DNA of 64,000 nucleotides from a virus (IMGVR_UViG_3300032829_000008:2579-66578), one strand, 5' to 3'. Shown: positions 28,146 through 37,872, counted from the first letter of the stretch. Numbers and translations: made by a program. Notes: generated from the sequence alone by a model not told the origin.

Positions 28146-28183
28146 CTCCGGAAGCAAGTCGGCCAAATCATGTGGACTGAAGT

Positions 28184-28199
28184 CGGCACGCCGGTAGCA
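28184..28199 (+). promoter_or_regulatory. sigma54-type promoter P2
   Basis: CGGCAC-GCCGG-TAGCA (GG-N10-GC) about 40 bp downstream of the GATAAC/GTTATC palindrome. Confidence 0.5.
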
Positions 28200-28271
28200 A
28201 TAAACCCCTTGCACGAGTCAGGTGGCTCGTGCTAACAACCCTAGACGATACCCAATGGAAGGAAGCAGACC

Positions 28272-28793
28272 ATGGCAGTAGTCAGCAAGCGCACGTTCGG
28301 GCTGCACGGCCCACTCACCTACGACCAGCTCAACCAGCTGAGCACCCTGGAGCTCATCCAGCTGCACAACGCCAAGAGCGAGAAGCAGATCAAGGTGTTC
28401 CACACCAAGGCCAAGGGCATGAACAAGGTGTGGGAGCTGTATGCCGCCGAAGAGGTGGTCGAGAACAATCCCCCCGCCGAGACCGCCGATGGTGGCGCGA
28501 ACGGCATCGAAACGACAACGGAGGCAAGTGACATGGCGAAGAAGACGAAGGCACCCAAGGCACCCAAGGCGAAGAAGGCTGGCGGTGGCACCCGCATCCC
28601 GGCGGACGCGACCATCAAGGTCCTGGCCAAGGAGAACCCTTACAAGAAGGGCACCAAGGCGTACGCCACGTTCGAGCTGTTCGGCAAGAGCAAGACGGTG
28701 GCCGAGTTCCGCGAGAAGGCGAGCGACAAGGATCGCTTCGACCCGGGGTACATCAAGTACTCCAGCCGCGACGGCTATATCAAGATCGGGTAA
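28272..28793 (+). CDS. Lys-rich, probably DNA-binding (histone-like) protein
   Basis: KKTKAPKAPKAKKA linker; I.V..KENP.K.GTKA...F domain; strongly biased codons; possible internal start MAKK at 28533. Confidence 0.6.
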   Translation: MAVVSKRTFGLHGPLTYDQLNQLSTLELIQLHNAKSEKQIKVFHTKAKGMNKVWELYAAEEVVENNPPAETADGGANGIETTTEASDMAKKTKAPKAPKAKKAGGGTRIPADATIKVLAKENPYKKGTKAYATFELFGKSKTVAEFREKASDKDRFDPGYIKYSSRDGYIKIG

Positions 28794-28983
28794 CTGGGTC
28801 GCCAGGCGACCCAGTAGGGCAGGCCGACCTCGGCCGACCTTAGGCGCCTCCGCGGGTGGAGCGGGGCGCCTGCCCTGCGAGTAGGCACGCAGCACACGGC
28901 CACGAGCACCTTCAGTGGTGAACCGCGCAGCGAACCCTGGGGCGCGGGGTGGTGTCTTGGCTGCGTGCCTGCTCGGAGGGCAC

Positions 28984-29808
28984 GTGCAAACCATCTTCGA
29001 GTTCGGCGACGCTAAGCTGGCCGCCGTGGACCTGGACCCGTTGTACGTGGCCGCGGTGCGCATGCCGTGGGGTCACGTGGAGCGCTGCAGGTTCACGCTG
29101 GCCGAGGTCGCGTTCGACCTGGCCGGCAAGGCAGCGGAGGTGGTGGAACGGTGTGCCTCCGGTATGCCGTTCTGGGACTCCATGCGCGCCGCCGCGGCGG
29201 ACACCAAGCGCGGCGCACCGCGCCGCTACTTCCGTGGGCCCAAGTGCATGGACGCGTTGGAGGTCATGCGCGAGCTGTACCCCGATGCGCCCGAGGCCCT
29301 GGCCGCGCTGGCCGGCACGTTCGCGCACGCCGAGGAGGTGGTATGCGGCAGCTGGCCGCTGTGGGGCCCCACCGCCGCGTTCAAGATCGCCGACATGGCC
29401 GAGCGGGTGTGCCAAGTGCCCGTGGACTTCGGCGCCGTCGGCGAGACGGAGATCTGCAGCAACGCGCAGGTGCGCAAGGGTTGGGACAAGGCCCGGGACG
29501 TGTTGGCAGCCGCAGGCGACGCCCGCGCGCAGGACCTGGCGGCCAGTCTGCGCCAGCACATCTGGTGCACCAAGGCACCACCGCGGTGGGACCGCGAGTT
29601 GGGGCCACAGGAGTGGGAGACGCTCCTATGCTACTACAGCCACGACGACGAGCACAATCATCACTTGCCCGGCATGGACCGACTCGGCATCGCCGAGGAG
29701 CTGTACGATCATGGCGACGTGGCCGCGGAGCTGCTGGGACACTTGCCCTGGGCGACCGAGGCGGAGATGTACGAATGGCTGGACGCCAAGCATAGGAGAA
29801 CCAAATGA
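28984..29808 (+). CDS. aGPT-Pplase clade 2 amino acid:DNA transferase
   Basis: DLDPLY, RG..RRYFRG, GP..AFKIADM.ER, APP..DR....QE.ET.LC signatures; GTG after GGAGG. Confidence 0.82.
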   Translation: MQTIFEFGDAKLAAVDLDPLYVAAVRMPWGHVERCRFTLAEVAFDLAGKAAEVVERCASGMPFWDSMRAAAADTKRGAPRRYFRGPKCMDALEVMRELYPDAPEALAALAGTFAHAEEVVCGSWPLWGPTAAFKIADMAERVCQVPVDFGAVGETEICSNAQVRKGWDKARDVLAAAGDARAQDLAASLRQHIWCTKAPPRWDRELGPQEWETLLCYYSHDDEHNHHLPGMDRLGIAEELYDHGDVAAELLGHLPWATEAEMYEWLDAKHRRTK

Positions 29809-30011
29809 AGAGCAGGCACGAGTTTGTAGTAGTCAACCAGGATGGTAAGCGTGTGCAGTGGCTGCTGGAGTTCGAAAAGGACGGCGTCAACTTCACGTTG
29901 AGCCACCAGGGAGGTCAAGCAGTCAGCGCTTGGCTGCCGCCCGCCACCGCCGAGGACCTGCGCGAGCTGTTGGCGATGTACCAGAATAGTCGCAAGCGGA
30001 GCGGCGCGTGA
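29805..30011 (+). CDS. Hypothetical protein
   Basis: RBS AGGAG, overlaps. Confidence 0.5.
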   Translation: MKSRHEFVVVNQDGKRVQWLLEFEKDGVNFTLSHQGGQAVSAWLPPATAEDLRELLAMYQNSRKRSGA

Positions 30012-30610
30012 GCACGCTGCTGCACATCATCGGGGCCGGTGCCACCGGCAAGTCCACCCTCACGCGCGGTCTGCTGGGGGAAGGTGCCGTGGACGGCAAC
30101 GCCTCCATCAGCGAGGCAGTACCACGCGCCAAGTACGGCGCCTCGCGGGACTTGTGTAGGTACGTCGTCGGCAATCTGAAGAACGGCACGGATAGCGTGA
30201 GTGAAATGGTGACTGCGGCGGCGATCGCCAACTGGCTGTTGGGATTGCACAGGACCAGTCTGGTGATCGTGGATGGCGTCCGCAGCAGCGCCAAGTGGTG
30301 CGTGGACTGGGCGCACTCCCCGGAGTGCAGAGCGACGCACCTGGCGTACGCGTACCTGGACCTGTCTCTCGACGAGACGCTGGAGCGCCTGCGCGCGCGT
30401 CGCCGCGGCAACGGCGAGAGCGACGAGCTGAGCGAGAAGACTGTGGCCAACGTCCGCGCGTTTCAGCGCCGCGCCCACGGCGTGTGGCGGAAGGTGGTGC
30501 AGCGTGCCGACCACCCGGGCAAGCCCACGGCACTGCTGGTGCTGCGCGAGGGCACCGCCGCGGATTGGTTGGAGCGGGCCGAGCAGTTCTTAACGCACCG
30601 CGTTGCGTAG
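30008..30610 (+). CDS. P-loop kinase, candidate 5-hmdU DNA kinase
   Basis: IIGAGATGKSTL, G.DSV, IVDG, LERLRARR lid; between transferase and hydroxymethylase. Confidence 0.7.
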   Translation: MSTLLHIIGAGATGKSTLTRGLLGEGAVDGNASISEAVPRAKYGASRDLCRYVVGNLKNGTDSVSEMVTAAAIANWLLGLHRTSLVIVDGVRSSAKWCVDWAHSPECRATHLAYAYLDLSLDETLERLRARRRGNGESDELSEKTVANVRAFQRRAHGVWRKVVQRADHPGKPTALLVLREGTAADWLERAEQFLTHRVA

Positions 30611-30615
30611 AAAGC

Positions 30616-30645
30616 TTGCTTCACTTGGCCGCGTAGTTGTAAGGT
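30616..30645 (+). promoter_or_regulatory. Putative sigma70-type promoter
   Basis: TTGCTT-N18-TAAGGT in AT-rich intergenic gap. Confidence 0.35.
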
Positions 30646-30675
30646 GGCCGGCACATTTAATGAAGGGTGGCAGCC

Positions 30676-30897
30676 ATGTACAAGCCTGTGCCGTGGGAAG
30701 GGTTGCGCAAGCTCTTGCGTTACTCCTTTGCCGACCTGGGGAGTTACGATGATCTAACGGTGGAGGAGCAGGCTGCGCTGACCCGCGAGGAGTTCGAGGT
30801 GCTGGCGGCTTGGGCCAAGCGGGATGAACCGATGGCCGCCGAGTTCCGATGTGAACACTGCGGCACCAACCACGTGGCCGAGCTGAGGGTCGCGTGA
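30676..30897 (+). CDS. Hypothetical protein
   Basis: SYDDLT..EQ...TREEF motif, C-terminal CxxC. Confidence 0.5.
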   Translation: MYKPVPWEGLRKLLRYSFADLGSYDDLTVEEQAALTREEFEVLAAWAKRDEPMAAEFRCEHCGTNHVAELRVA

Positions 30898-31892
30898 GGG
30901 TCCTGCATGTCCGCAACGTGCACCGCGCGATACCCGCAGCGCTGGCTCACTTAGTGGAGCACGGCGAGCGGCGCGAGAGTCGCAATGGCCCGGTGCTGCA
31001 GCCTCCGCATCCCGTCACCACCGTGTACAGCCACCCATTGGAGCGGGTGGAGGCGTGGGTCGCGCGCAACAGCAACCCGTACCTGCACCTGTTCGAGAGC
31101 GCGTGGATGCTGGCGGGGCGCAACGACGTGGCGAGCCTGGTCCGCTACGCCAAGCGGTTCGCCGAATTTAGCGACGACGGTGAGACGTTCAACGCGCCGT
31201 ACGGTTACCGCTGGCGTCACGCGACCACGCAAAATGTCGATCAACTCGCAGTGATCGCAGATCAGCTGCGCGCCAATCCCAACACGCGCCAGGCGGTGCT
31301 GCAGATTTGGACCGTCAAGCACGACCTGCTGGCGGTCACCAAGGACCACGCCTGCAACCTGACGGCGACGTTCCAGGTGGGCAGCGACGGTCGGCTGCAC
31401 ATGTGCGTGTTCTGCCGGTCCAACGACATCGTCTGGGGCTGCTACGGCGCCAACGCGGTGCATTTCAGCTATCTGCTGGAGTATGTGGCCGCCCGGGCGG
31501 GTATCCCGGTGGGGACGTACACGCAGATCAGTGTCAACTGGCACGGATACCTGTCCACGGTGCAGCCCCTGGTGGCAGCTGGGCTGCACCAGCACGGCGA
31601 GCACCCCAGTTCGTACGAGACTGGCGCCTGGACGCCGTATCCCATCACCAGGGGCGGATTCGACGCCCACTGGTTCGACGTGGACCTTGCGGTCGCCACC
31701 AGTGACCAAGGTCGCGCGGTGGAGGCCAGCTATCACCACGCCTGGTTTCGCGAGGTGCTGCTGCCGGTCATGCGCAGCCACGACGCCTACAAGGCGGGTG
31801 ATCGATTCGGCGCGCTGCACCACATATCAGACTGCGCTGCCACGGACTGGCAGCAGGCGTGCCGGTGGTGGCTCGCCAGAAAGGCAAAGTGA
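30894..31892 (+). CDS. Thymidylate synthase-family dUMP hydroxymethylase
   Basis: SRNG, YG.RWR, TRQAVL, catalytic HACN, RSND..WG..GAN (Asn indicates dUMP specificity). Confidence 0.88.
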   Translation: MRVLHVRNVHRAIPAALAHLVEHGERRESRNGPVLQPPHPVTTVYSHPLERVEAWVARNSNPYLHLFESAWMLAGRNDVASLVRYAKRFAEFSDDGETFNAPYGYRWRHATTQNVDQLAVIADQLRANPNTRQAVLQIWTVKHDLLAVTKDHACNLTATFQVGSDGRLHMCVFCRSNDIVWGCYGANAVHFSYLLEYVAARAGIPVGTYTQISVNWHGYLSTVQPLVAAGLHQHGEHPSSYETGAWTPYPITRGGFDAHWFDVDLAVATSDQGRAVEASYHHAWFREVLLPVMRSHDAYKAGDRFGALHHISDCAATDWQQACRWWLARKAK

Positions 31893-32206
31893 ACGAGACT
31901 CCGGAGCAGTGGCGCGAGCGCCACAAGGACAACCCGCGCCTGCAATACTACCTGCGCATGGATCCCAACTACGGCGCGCACAGGCATCAGCGCGAGTTCG
32001 TGGATCGCCAGTGGTGGCTGCAGGCCAACTTCCCCTGTCCGGTGAACCACGAGGTGCACCCCGGCGCGCCGTGCGCCGGCAACAGGGACCACGCAACGGA
32101 CGATGCCAAGCGCCACCCCGGAGGGCTGCACGCGCCGTGTTGCTACAGCGGCGCAGCGCTGCAGGCAGCGTACGAGTGGCAGCTCGCCTCCAGGGGGCGA
32201 CCATGA
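31889..32206 (+). CDS. Cys/His-rich hypothetical protein
   Basis: Overlapping start/stop. Confidence 0.45.
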   Translation: MNETPEQWRERHKDNPRLQYYLRMDPNYGAHRHQREFVDRQWWLQANFPCPVNHEVHPGAPCAGNRDHATDDAKRHPGGLHAPCCYSGAALQAAYEWQLASRGRP

Positions 32207-32802
32207 TCCGCGCCGGCAGGCCGCCCAAGCCTCGCGTCGGCCTGGACGCGGACGGCGTCCTGAGGGACTTCCAATCGGCCATGGTGGAGGTGATCAACGC
32301 CGCGCTGGCGCGCGCCCACACCGTGGAAGAGTGGACCGAGTACGAGTTCGAGCACGCGTTCGCCCTGAGTCCCAGTGAGCGCAAGCTGGTGGTGAACGCC
32401 ATGCTGGCGGAGCGAGATTTCGTCCGCAACATGCCGGCGCTGCCTCACCTGGACGTGGAGATGTTGCGCAACACCGCCACGGTGTATTGCGTGACCGCTC
32501 CGTGGCCGCACCACCCCACCTGGGTGGCGGATACATACTGGTGGCTACGCGAGCACTTCGATTTCCACCACGACAACGTCCTGCCGGTCCACGACAAATG
32601 GCTGATCAACCTTGATTGGCTGGTGGACGACAAGGTCAAGAATCTGGAGCTGTGGCAGCAAGAGCACCCCAAGGGCCACGCCGTGCTGTGGGAGACCCGA
32701 TGGAACGCGCACGAGCGCTGGTCGGGTCGGCGCACCAACAGCACCATGGTACTGCAGGCATGGGTGGAGGAGCACGCCCTGGAACTGGCAGGTGCACGAT
32801 GA
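32203..32802 (+). CDS. HAD-family 5'(3')-deoxyribonucleotidase (NT5C-like)
   Basis: LDADGVL.DF, VTAP, WL..HF, K, LVDDK, WN. Confidence 0.85.
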   Translation: MIRAGRPPKPRVGLDADGVLRDFQSAMVEVINAALARAHTVEEWTEYEFEHAFALSPSERKLVVNAMLAERDFVRNMPALPHLDVEMLRNTATVYCVTAPWPHHPTWVADTYWWLREHFDFHHDNVLPVHDKWLINLDWLVDDKVKNLELWQQEHPKGHAVLWETRWNAHERWSGRRTNSTMVLQAWVEEHALELAGAR

Positions 32803-33521
32803 TGGTCGACTACATCGCGCAGCTGGACGCCGTGGCGGCCAGTTTCCAGGAGCAGGATCCGGCCGTGGCGCTGCAGGCGTGCTGGATGGAGTACGAGGGT
32901 GCGGCGCGCGCCGTCCACTGGGACGTGCTGGGTGAGAAGGCGAGACTCGGTAGCTGCCGCACCCTGGGCCGCGAGCTGATGTCGCTGCTGTACCGTGCGT
33001 GTCCCAACACCTCCGCCAAAGCAGATGCCGACCTCATCAAGCTCAAGGACCGCGACTATGGCGGCAGCTGGTGCAAGCGCGGCGGAGCCAACGCGTTCTT
33101 CATGCTGTGCCGAAAGTGGGATCGCCTGGAGCAGTTCCTGGCGCAGCACGGCGGCAACTGGTGGACCATGCTCCGGAAGGAGGCCGGTGGTATCGAGCCG
33201 ATACTGGATACGGCCATGGACCTGCGCTGCTACCTGATGCTGGTGGAGGCGTGGCACTGCGCCGCGGAAGTGCGCGCGCCACACTGCAACACCTGCGGCC
33301 AGAAGATGGCGCGCACCGTGGACGATACCGGTTGGTATTGCCCGAACACACACTCGGCGCGCACTGTCGTCGCAGGTGTTGACATTCCCTCTGGGGCCAC
33401 GCACTACGGCGCGCCACCTCTCGGTACTGCGGTCCAGCTGTGTGGTGACCTGCACGGTGGGAATTGCTCCTACCAACGCGGCCACCAGGGCAAGTGCTCC
33501 GATGACCAGGCGCATCCATAA
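32799..33521 (+). CDS. Nucleotide-modification-associated domain 1 (Nmad1, MazG-like) protein with C-terminal Zn-binding extension
   Basis: K..DYG.SW.KRGG..AFFML.RKWDRLE...DLR.YL.LVE. Confidence 0.7.
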   Translation: MMVDYIAQLDAVAASFQEQDPAVALQACWMEYEGAARAVHWDVLGEKARLGSCRTLGRELMSLLYRACPNTSAKADADLIKLKDRDYGGSWCKRGGANAFFMLCRKWDRLEQFLAQHGGNWWTMLRKEAGGIEPILDTAMDLRCYLMLVEAWHCAAEVRAPHCNTCGQKMARTVDDTGWYCPNTHSARTVVAGVDIPSGATHYGAPPLGTAVQLCGDLHGGNCSYQRGHQGKCSDDQAHP

Positions 33522-33522
33522 A

Positions 33523-33675
33523 ATGGAGGCCAAAGATTTCTACGAGACGTGGCGCCGCGCTGCCCGTAAGCATGGTGTGGAAGTGGATGAGAGGTGGGAG
33601 GACCTCACAGAGTGGGAACAAGCCGCCTGGGAGGCGGTGGTGAGCCGTGCCCTAGACCTCGCGTGGTCAAGGTAG
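33523..33675 (+). CDS. Hypothetical protein
   Basis: WEDL...EQAAWEAV motif. Confidence 0.5.
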   Translation: MEAKDFYETWRRAARKHGVEVDERWEDLTEWEQAAWEAVVSRALDLAWSR

Positions 33676-33678
33676 AAA

Positions 33679-35610
33679 ATGCAGCTGCCCCTCACATTCG
33701 TGCTGCCTCAGGCACCGTGGCGCCCAGTGCCGGTGAACCAGCTGCCAAGCTGGGAGGGCGCCAAGCGCGTGGCCGTGGACGTGGAGTGCCGGGACCCAGA
33801 CCTCAAGGAGTTGGGTCCCGGCACGTACCGCCCGGGCTGCCGCGTGGTCGGCATGTCCTTCGCTATCGAGGACGGCCCCGCGCACTACGTGCCGTGGGGC
33901 CACGAGGGCGGGGATAACGTCGACGAGGTGCACGCCAAGGCATATTTCCGGGATAACCTCGGCGCATTCGACGGCATCATCACCGGAGCGAACCTGGGGT
34001 ACGACCTGGGGTGGATTTGGAAGGACGTGTGCCGCACCCCCAAGGTGAGGGACTACCGCGACACCCAGGTGGCGGACGTCATGTGCTGCGAGCTGCACGA
34101 CCGCTACGGGTTGGATGCCATGGCCGCGCGCTGGGCACTGCCAGGCAAGAACCAGGAGCTGCTCAAGGCTGCCGCCGCCGCGCACAAGATTCATCCCAAG
34201 CGCGACCTGTGGCGGCTACCCGCCCGCTACGTGGGCCCCTATGGTGAGTGGGACGCGGCCCTGTGCCTCCAGCTGCTGCGCCGTCAAGAGAAGAAGATCG
34301 AGGAGGAAGAGGTCCAGATCATCTATACTCTGGAGTGCGCCGTGACGCCGATCTTGGTGGAGATGCGCGAGCGCGGCGTGCGGGTGAACATCCAAAAGGT
34401 GCTGGAGATCAAGCGGTGGGCCCTGGCGGAGGGTGCCCAGCGTCTGCACTTCGTCGCGCAGCGCACCGGTGTGCAGCTGGCCATGGAGAACGTGTGGAGC
34501 GCCGAGGCTATGGCCAAGCCACTGCAAGCGCTCGGTCTCAAGATTCCGCAGATGGCCAAGCCCACCAAGGCCGACCCCGGGCGCACGCTGCCCAGTATCA
34601 CTGGTGCTTTCCTGGACAGCTGCGGCGAGGTGGGCCAGGCCCTGGGTCGCGCACGAGACATGTCCAAGCTGACGCAGTTCGCCGATCGCGTGTTGCGCTA
34701 CCAGGTGAATGGTCGCGTGCACTGCACGTTCAATCAATTGCGCACCACCAAGGGCGAGGACGAGAACGAGGATAAGGGTGCACGCTTTGGTCGTCTGAGC
34801 AGCGATCACTACAACCTCCAACAGGAGCCGGGACGCGACGACGAGTTTGGCGAGCGGTGGCGCGACGTATACGAGCCAGAGGACGACGAGGAGTGGGTGA
34901 GCTGCGACTGGTCGCAGCAGGAGCCGCGCTGGGGCGTGCACTACGCCGAGCTGCTTGGGCTGCCCGGGGCCAAGGAGTTCGCCGACAAGTACCGCGCCAA
35001 CCCGGAACTCGACATCCACCAGGCACTGGCCGACATCAGCGGCATGCCCCGCAAGATCGTCAAGAATTTCGTCAACGGACGCCTGTACAACATGGGTGAC
35101 GTCAAGCTGTGCCGCAGCATCGGTTGCCCGGTGGTGTGGAAGATGGGACGCGATGGCGTGCAGCGCGAGGCCCCAGGACCAGAGGGCCAAGCGAAGATCG
35201 ACACGTTCAATCAATTCGCTCCCTGGCTGCGCGGCATCAACCGCGAAGCGCAGCGCCAAGCCGAGCGCAAGGGACACGTGTGGACCGTGCTCCGGCGCAA
35301 GTGCCGCTTCCCACGGGACGCGCAGGGTAACGTGGATTGGGGACAAAAGGCGTGGTCGCGCATCGGCCAAGGCAGCGCAGCGGACCAGGGTAAGGCCACG
35401 CTGGTGGCCGCGCACAAGGCGGGCATCCCTCTGCGCAGCATGGTGCACGACGAGTACAACTTCAGCACGCGCAGTCGAGTGCAGGCCCGCACCATGCGCG
35501 AGCTGATGATGAACACTGTGAAAGCCAGTGTGCCCATGCACGTCACGGTGAAGATCGGCCCCAGCTGGGGCAAGGGTAAGAAGATGAAACCCGAGGAGCT
35601 GGAATCGTGA
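33679..35610 (+). CDS. polA: Family A DNA polymerase with 3'-5' exonuclease
   Basis: DVE (ExoI), N..YD (ExoII), Y...D (ExoIII), GRLSS...NLQQ, DWSQQEPR (A), QGSAAD, VHDE (C). Confidence 0.93.
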   Translation: MQLPLTFVLPQAPWRPVPVNQLPSWEGAKRVAVDVECRDPDLKELGPGTYRPGCRVVGMSFAIEDGPAHYVPWGHEGGDNVDEVHAKAYFRDNLGAFDGIITGANLGYDLGWIWKDVCRTPKVRDYRDTQVADVMCCELHDRYGLDAMAARWALPGKNQELLKAAAAAHKIHPKRDLWRLPARYVGPYGEWDAALCLQLLRRQEKKIEEEEVQIIYTLECAVTPILVEMRERGVRVNIQKVLEIKRWALAEGAQRLHFVAQRTGVQLAMENVWSAEAMAKPLQALGLKIPQMAKPTKADPGRTLPSITGAFLDSCGEVGQALGRARDMSKLTQFADRVLRYQVNGRVHCTFNQLRTTKGEDENEDKGARFGRLSSDHYNLQQEPGRDDEFGERWRDVYEPEDDEEWVSCDWSQQEPRWGVHYAELLGLPGAKEFADKYRANPELDIHQALADISGMPRKIVKNFVNGRLYNMGDVKLCRSIGCPVVWKMGRDGVQREAPGPEGQAKIDTFNQFAPWLRGINREAQRQAERKGHVWTVLRRKCRFPRDAQGNVDWGQKAWSRIGQGSAADQGKATLVAAHKAGIPLRSMVHDEYNFSTRSRVQARTMRELMMNTVKASVPMHVTVKIGPSWGKGKKMKPEELES

Positions 35611-36437
35611 AGACCATCATCACCGTGGACACCGAGACCACCGGCCTGGACGTGCAGCGGGACCGCGTGGTGGAGTTGGCCTACAGCCTCGACGGGGTCG
35701 AGGCTGTAGTCCACCGCTTCAATCCTGGCATGCTCATGGAGCCGGAGGTGATTGCCAAGCATGGCATCACCAACGAGGAGCTGGCCAGCTGCCCACCCTT
35801 CAGCGCGTGGTGGCAGGACATGGTGGGTGACCTGGAGGGAGCGGGCGTGTGGGTGGGCTACAACCCGCAGTTCGACATCGAGATCCTCATGGCGGAGTTC
35901 GCGCGATGCGGCCACGTGTTCCGCCCACCGCGCATGGTGGTGGATCCCAAGCGACTGTGGGACATCAACGATCCGCGCCCGCCGCGCACCCTGGAGGCCG
36001 CGTACAAGACGTTCGTGGACCCGGCGGGGTTCGCCAACGCGCACTCCGCCAAAGCGGATATCTTAGCCACGCGCCGCGTGCTCGACGCCATGCTGGACAA
36101 GTGGCAGCTCCGCGGCAAGCCCTGGTCGGAATTGGACCCGGAGCGCGCCACCTGGTGGGGTCCCACCAAGCACATCGCCTGGCAGCCCTGGACCATCGGC
36201 CGAAGGGGTATCGGTAATGCAGACCCCATGTACAGCTTGGTAGCCAACTTCGGCAAGTACGAGGGACGCTGCGTCGTGGAGCAGGTGCCGCGCGACTACT
36301 GGCGGTGGCTATTAAGCCAGGACTTCCCCAGCCACGTCAAGCAGCTGGCCAGCGCGTTGCTGGATGACACCAAGCACCCCACCGCGGTGCTGCAGTGGGC
36401 GTGGAAACAGTGGCCGCCTATGAAGGGAGTAGTATGA
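35607..36437 (+). CDS. DEDDh 3'-5' exonuclease (DnaQ-like)
   Basis: DTETTGLD, HGIT, GYN..FD, AHSA.AD, FGKY.G. Confidence 0.9.
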   Translation: MKTIITVDTETTGLDVQRDRVVELAYSLDGVEAVVHRFNPGMLMEPEVIAKHGITNEELASCPPFSAWWQDMVGDLEGAGVWVGYNPQFDIEILMAEFARCGHVFRPPRMVVDPKRLWDINDPRPPRTLEAAYKTFVDPAGFANAHSAKADILATRRVLDAMLDKWQLRGKPWSELDPERATWWGPTKHIAWQPWTIGRRGIGNADPMYSLVANFGKYEGRCVVEQVPRDYWRWLLSQDFPSHVKQLASALLDDTKHPTAVLQWAWKQWPPMKGVV

Positions 36438-37039
36438 TCATCGAGCCGGTCGTCATGGAGTGTCCGGAATGCCACAAGCTGCACGTGGATGAGGGCGAAT
36501 TCGCCAAACGTCCGCACCACACGCACCGATGCGTGGACGATGCTGCCGGCACCGGCTGTGGCCACGAGTGGCGCTTGGAGCACTACGTGCGCGGCGTGGA
36601 GCGCGACGCCACGGCGTGGCACCAGCGCTTCATGGACATGGCGCTGCTGGTGTCGCACTGGTCCAAGGACCCCAGCACCAAGGCGGGCGCTGTCGTCGTG
36701 GACGAGCAGCGTCGCGTGCTGAGCCTGGGGTACAACGGATTTCCACGCGGCGTGGTGGACCATCCGGATCGCTACGCCAACCGCGCCGTCAAGTACAAGC
36801 TGGTCGTTCACGCGGAGGCCAACGCCATCCTCACCGCGTACGTCGGTGGTGCCACGCTGTACGCCACCAAGTGGCCATGCAGCGACTGCAGCAAGCTCAT
36901 CGCCCAGGCGGGCATCGCCCGGGTGGTTGCCCGGCGGCAAGGCGCCAACGCCAGCGACGTCGATCCACATTGGGCCGACGACCATCGGTGGGCGGAACTC
37001 ATCCTGCGCGAGGCGGGAGTGAAGGTGGTGGAGCTGTGA
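36434..37039 (+). CDS. dCMP deaminase with N-terminal Zn-binding domain
   Basis: SKDPSTK.GA, GYNG.PRG, HAE.NAI, PCxxC. Confidence 0.92.
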   Translation: MIIEPVVMECPECHKLHVDEGEFAKRPHHTHRCVDDAAGTGCGHEWRLEHYVRGVERDATAWHQRFMDMALLVSHWSKDPSTKAGAVVVDEQRRVLSLGYNGFPRGVVDHPDRYANRAVKYKLVVHAEANAILTAYVGGATLYATKWPCSDCSKLIAQAGIARVVARRQGANASDVDPHWADDHRWAELILREAGVKVVEL

Positions 37040-37377
37040 GGACCTGGCGCCACAACGGCGAGCGCTGGCACGAGAGCACGGAACCAACGTGGCGCCGCGT
37101 CTTGCGGTGGCTGGTGTGGCTGGGCGGGTGGGAGTCGACTCGACAGTTGCCGCTGCGGTTGCGCCTGAAGAACGTCACACCGGTATCCCTGCTGGGACAC
37201 CGGGTCACTTGGTACGGCTGGGGCGGTCAAATTCGCACGCCGGAGGGCTGGCTGGTGTGGGAACGCCGTAGTGGCCAGGTGTTCGTCAGCAAGGATGGCA
37301 CGCCCTCCGGCGCGCACCTGTGGCTGCGCAACCCGCCGCGCGAAGTGCTGGAGCAGAGCAGTCGGAGATACTCGTGA
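37036..37377 (+). CDS. Hypothetical Trp-rich protein
   Basis: Overlapping start/stop. Confidence 0.45.
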   Translation: MRTWRHNGERWHESTEPTWRRVLRWLVWLGGWESTRQLPLRLRLKNVTPVSLLGHRVTWYGWGGQIRTPEGWLVWERRSGQVFVSKDGTPSGAHLWLRNPPREVLEQSSRRYS

Positions 37378-37682
37378 GCGAGACGACCGAGACGATCGGC
37401 GAGTGGGCGGAGGGCACCTTCGGCCCCGTGAATCCCGTGGACGCTGCCCACCGCATCATGAAGGAGGCGGTGGAGTGCGCGGAGGCCACCAGCCAGCTGG
37501 TGCTGCACGGACTGGACGCCGAGGAGAAGGTGCGGTTGGAGCTAGCCGATATCATCATCACGTGCCGACGCCTGGCCTACACCTTGGGCCTGGACGTGGA
37601 CGATGCGGTGAACATCAAGATGGCCGTCAACCGTCAGCGCAAGTGGCGCCTGGATGGCCGCGGAGGAGGGCAACATGTCTAA
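37374..37682 (+). CDS. MazG-like (DUF550-type) dNTP pyrophosphohydrolase
   Basis: EWA..TFG, E..E, ELADIII, KM.VNR.RKW. Confidence 0.75.
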   Translation: MSETTETIGEWAEGTFGPVNPVDAAHRIMKEAVECAEATSQLVLHGLDAEEKVRLELADIIITCRRLAYTLGLDVDDAVNIKMAVNRQRKWRLDGRGGGQHV

Positions 37683-37872
37683 ACCGGGGCCCGTCGAGGA
37701 GGAAGTGTTGGAGGAGGTGAAGCACTGCATGACCGAGGTCGATATGAATGTGCTGAAGGTGCGCCCCCTGGCCCGCATCGTGGATCGATTGGACGCTCTC
37801 TACGATAACGACAACGATAACACTCGCCGTCTGAAGGCCACGCTTCGCGAGATGCTGGGAAATCCCATATGA
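37675..37872 (+). CDS. Hypothetical protein
   Basis: RBS GGAGG. Confidence 0.4.
   Translation: MSKPGPVEEEVLEEVKHCMTEVDMNVLKVRPLARIVDRLDALYDNDNDNTRRLKATLREMLGNPI

Noticed and set aside
30894-31892. Ordinary thymidylate synthase (thyA) or dCMP hydroxymethylase
   Set aside because: Context of transferases and kinase plus the WG..GAN motif favours dUMP hydroxymethylase; Asn argues against a dCMP substrate
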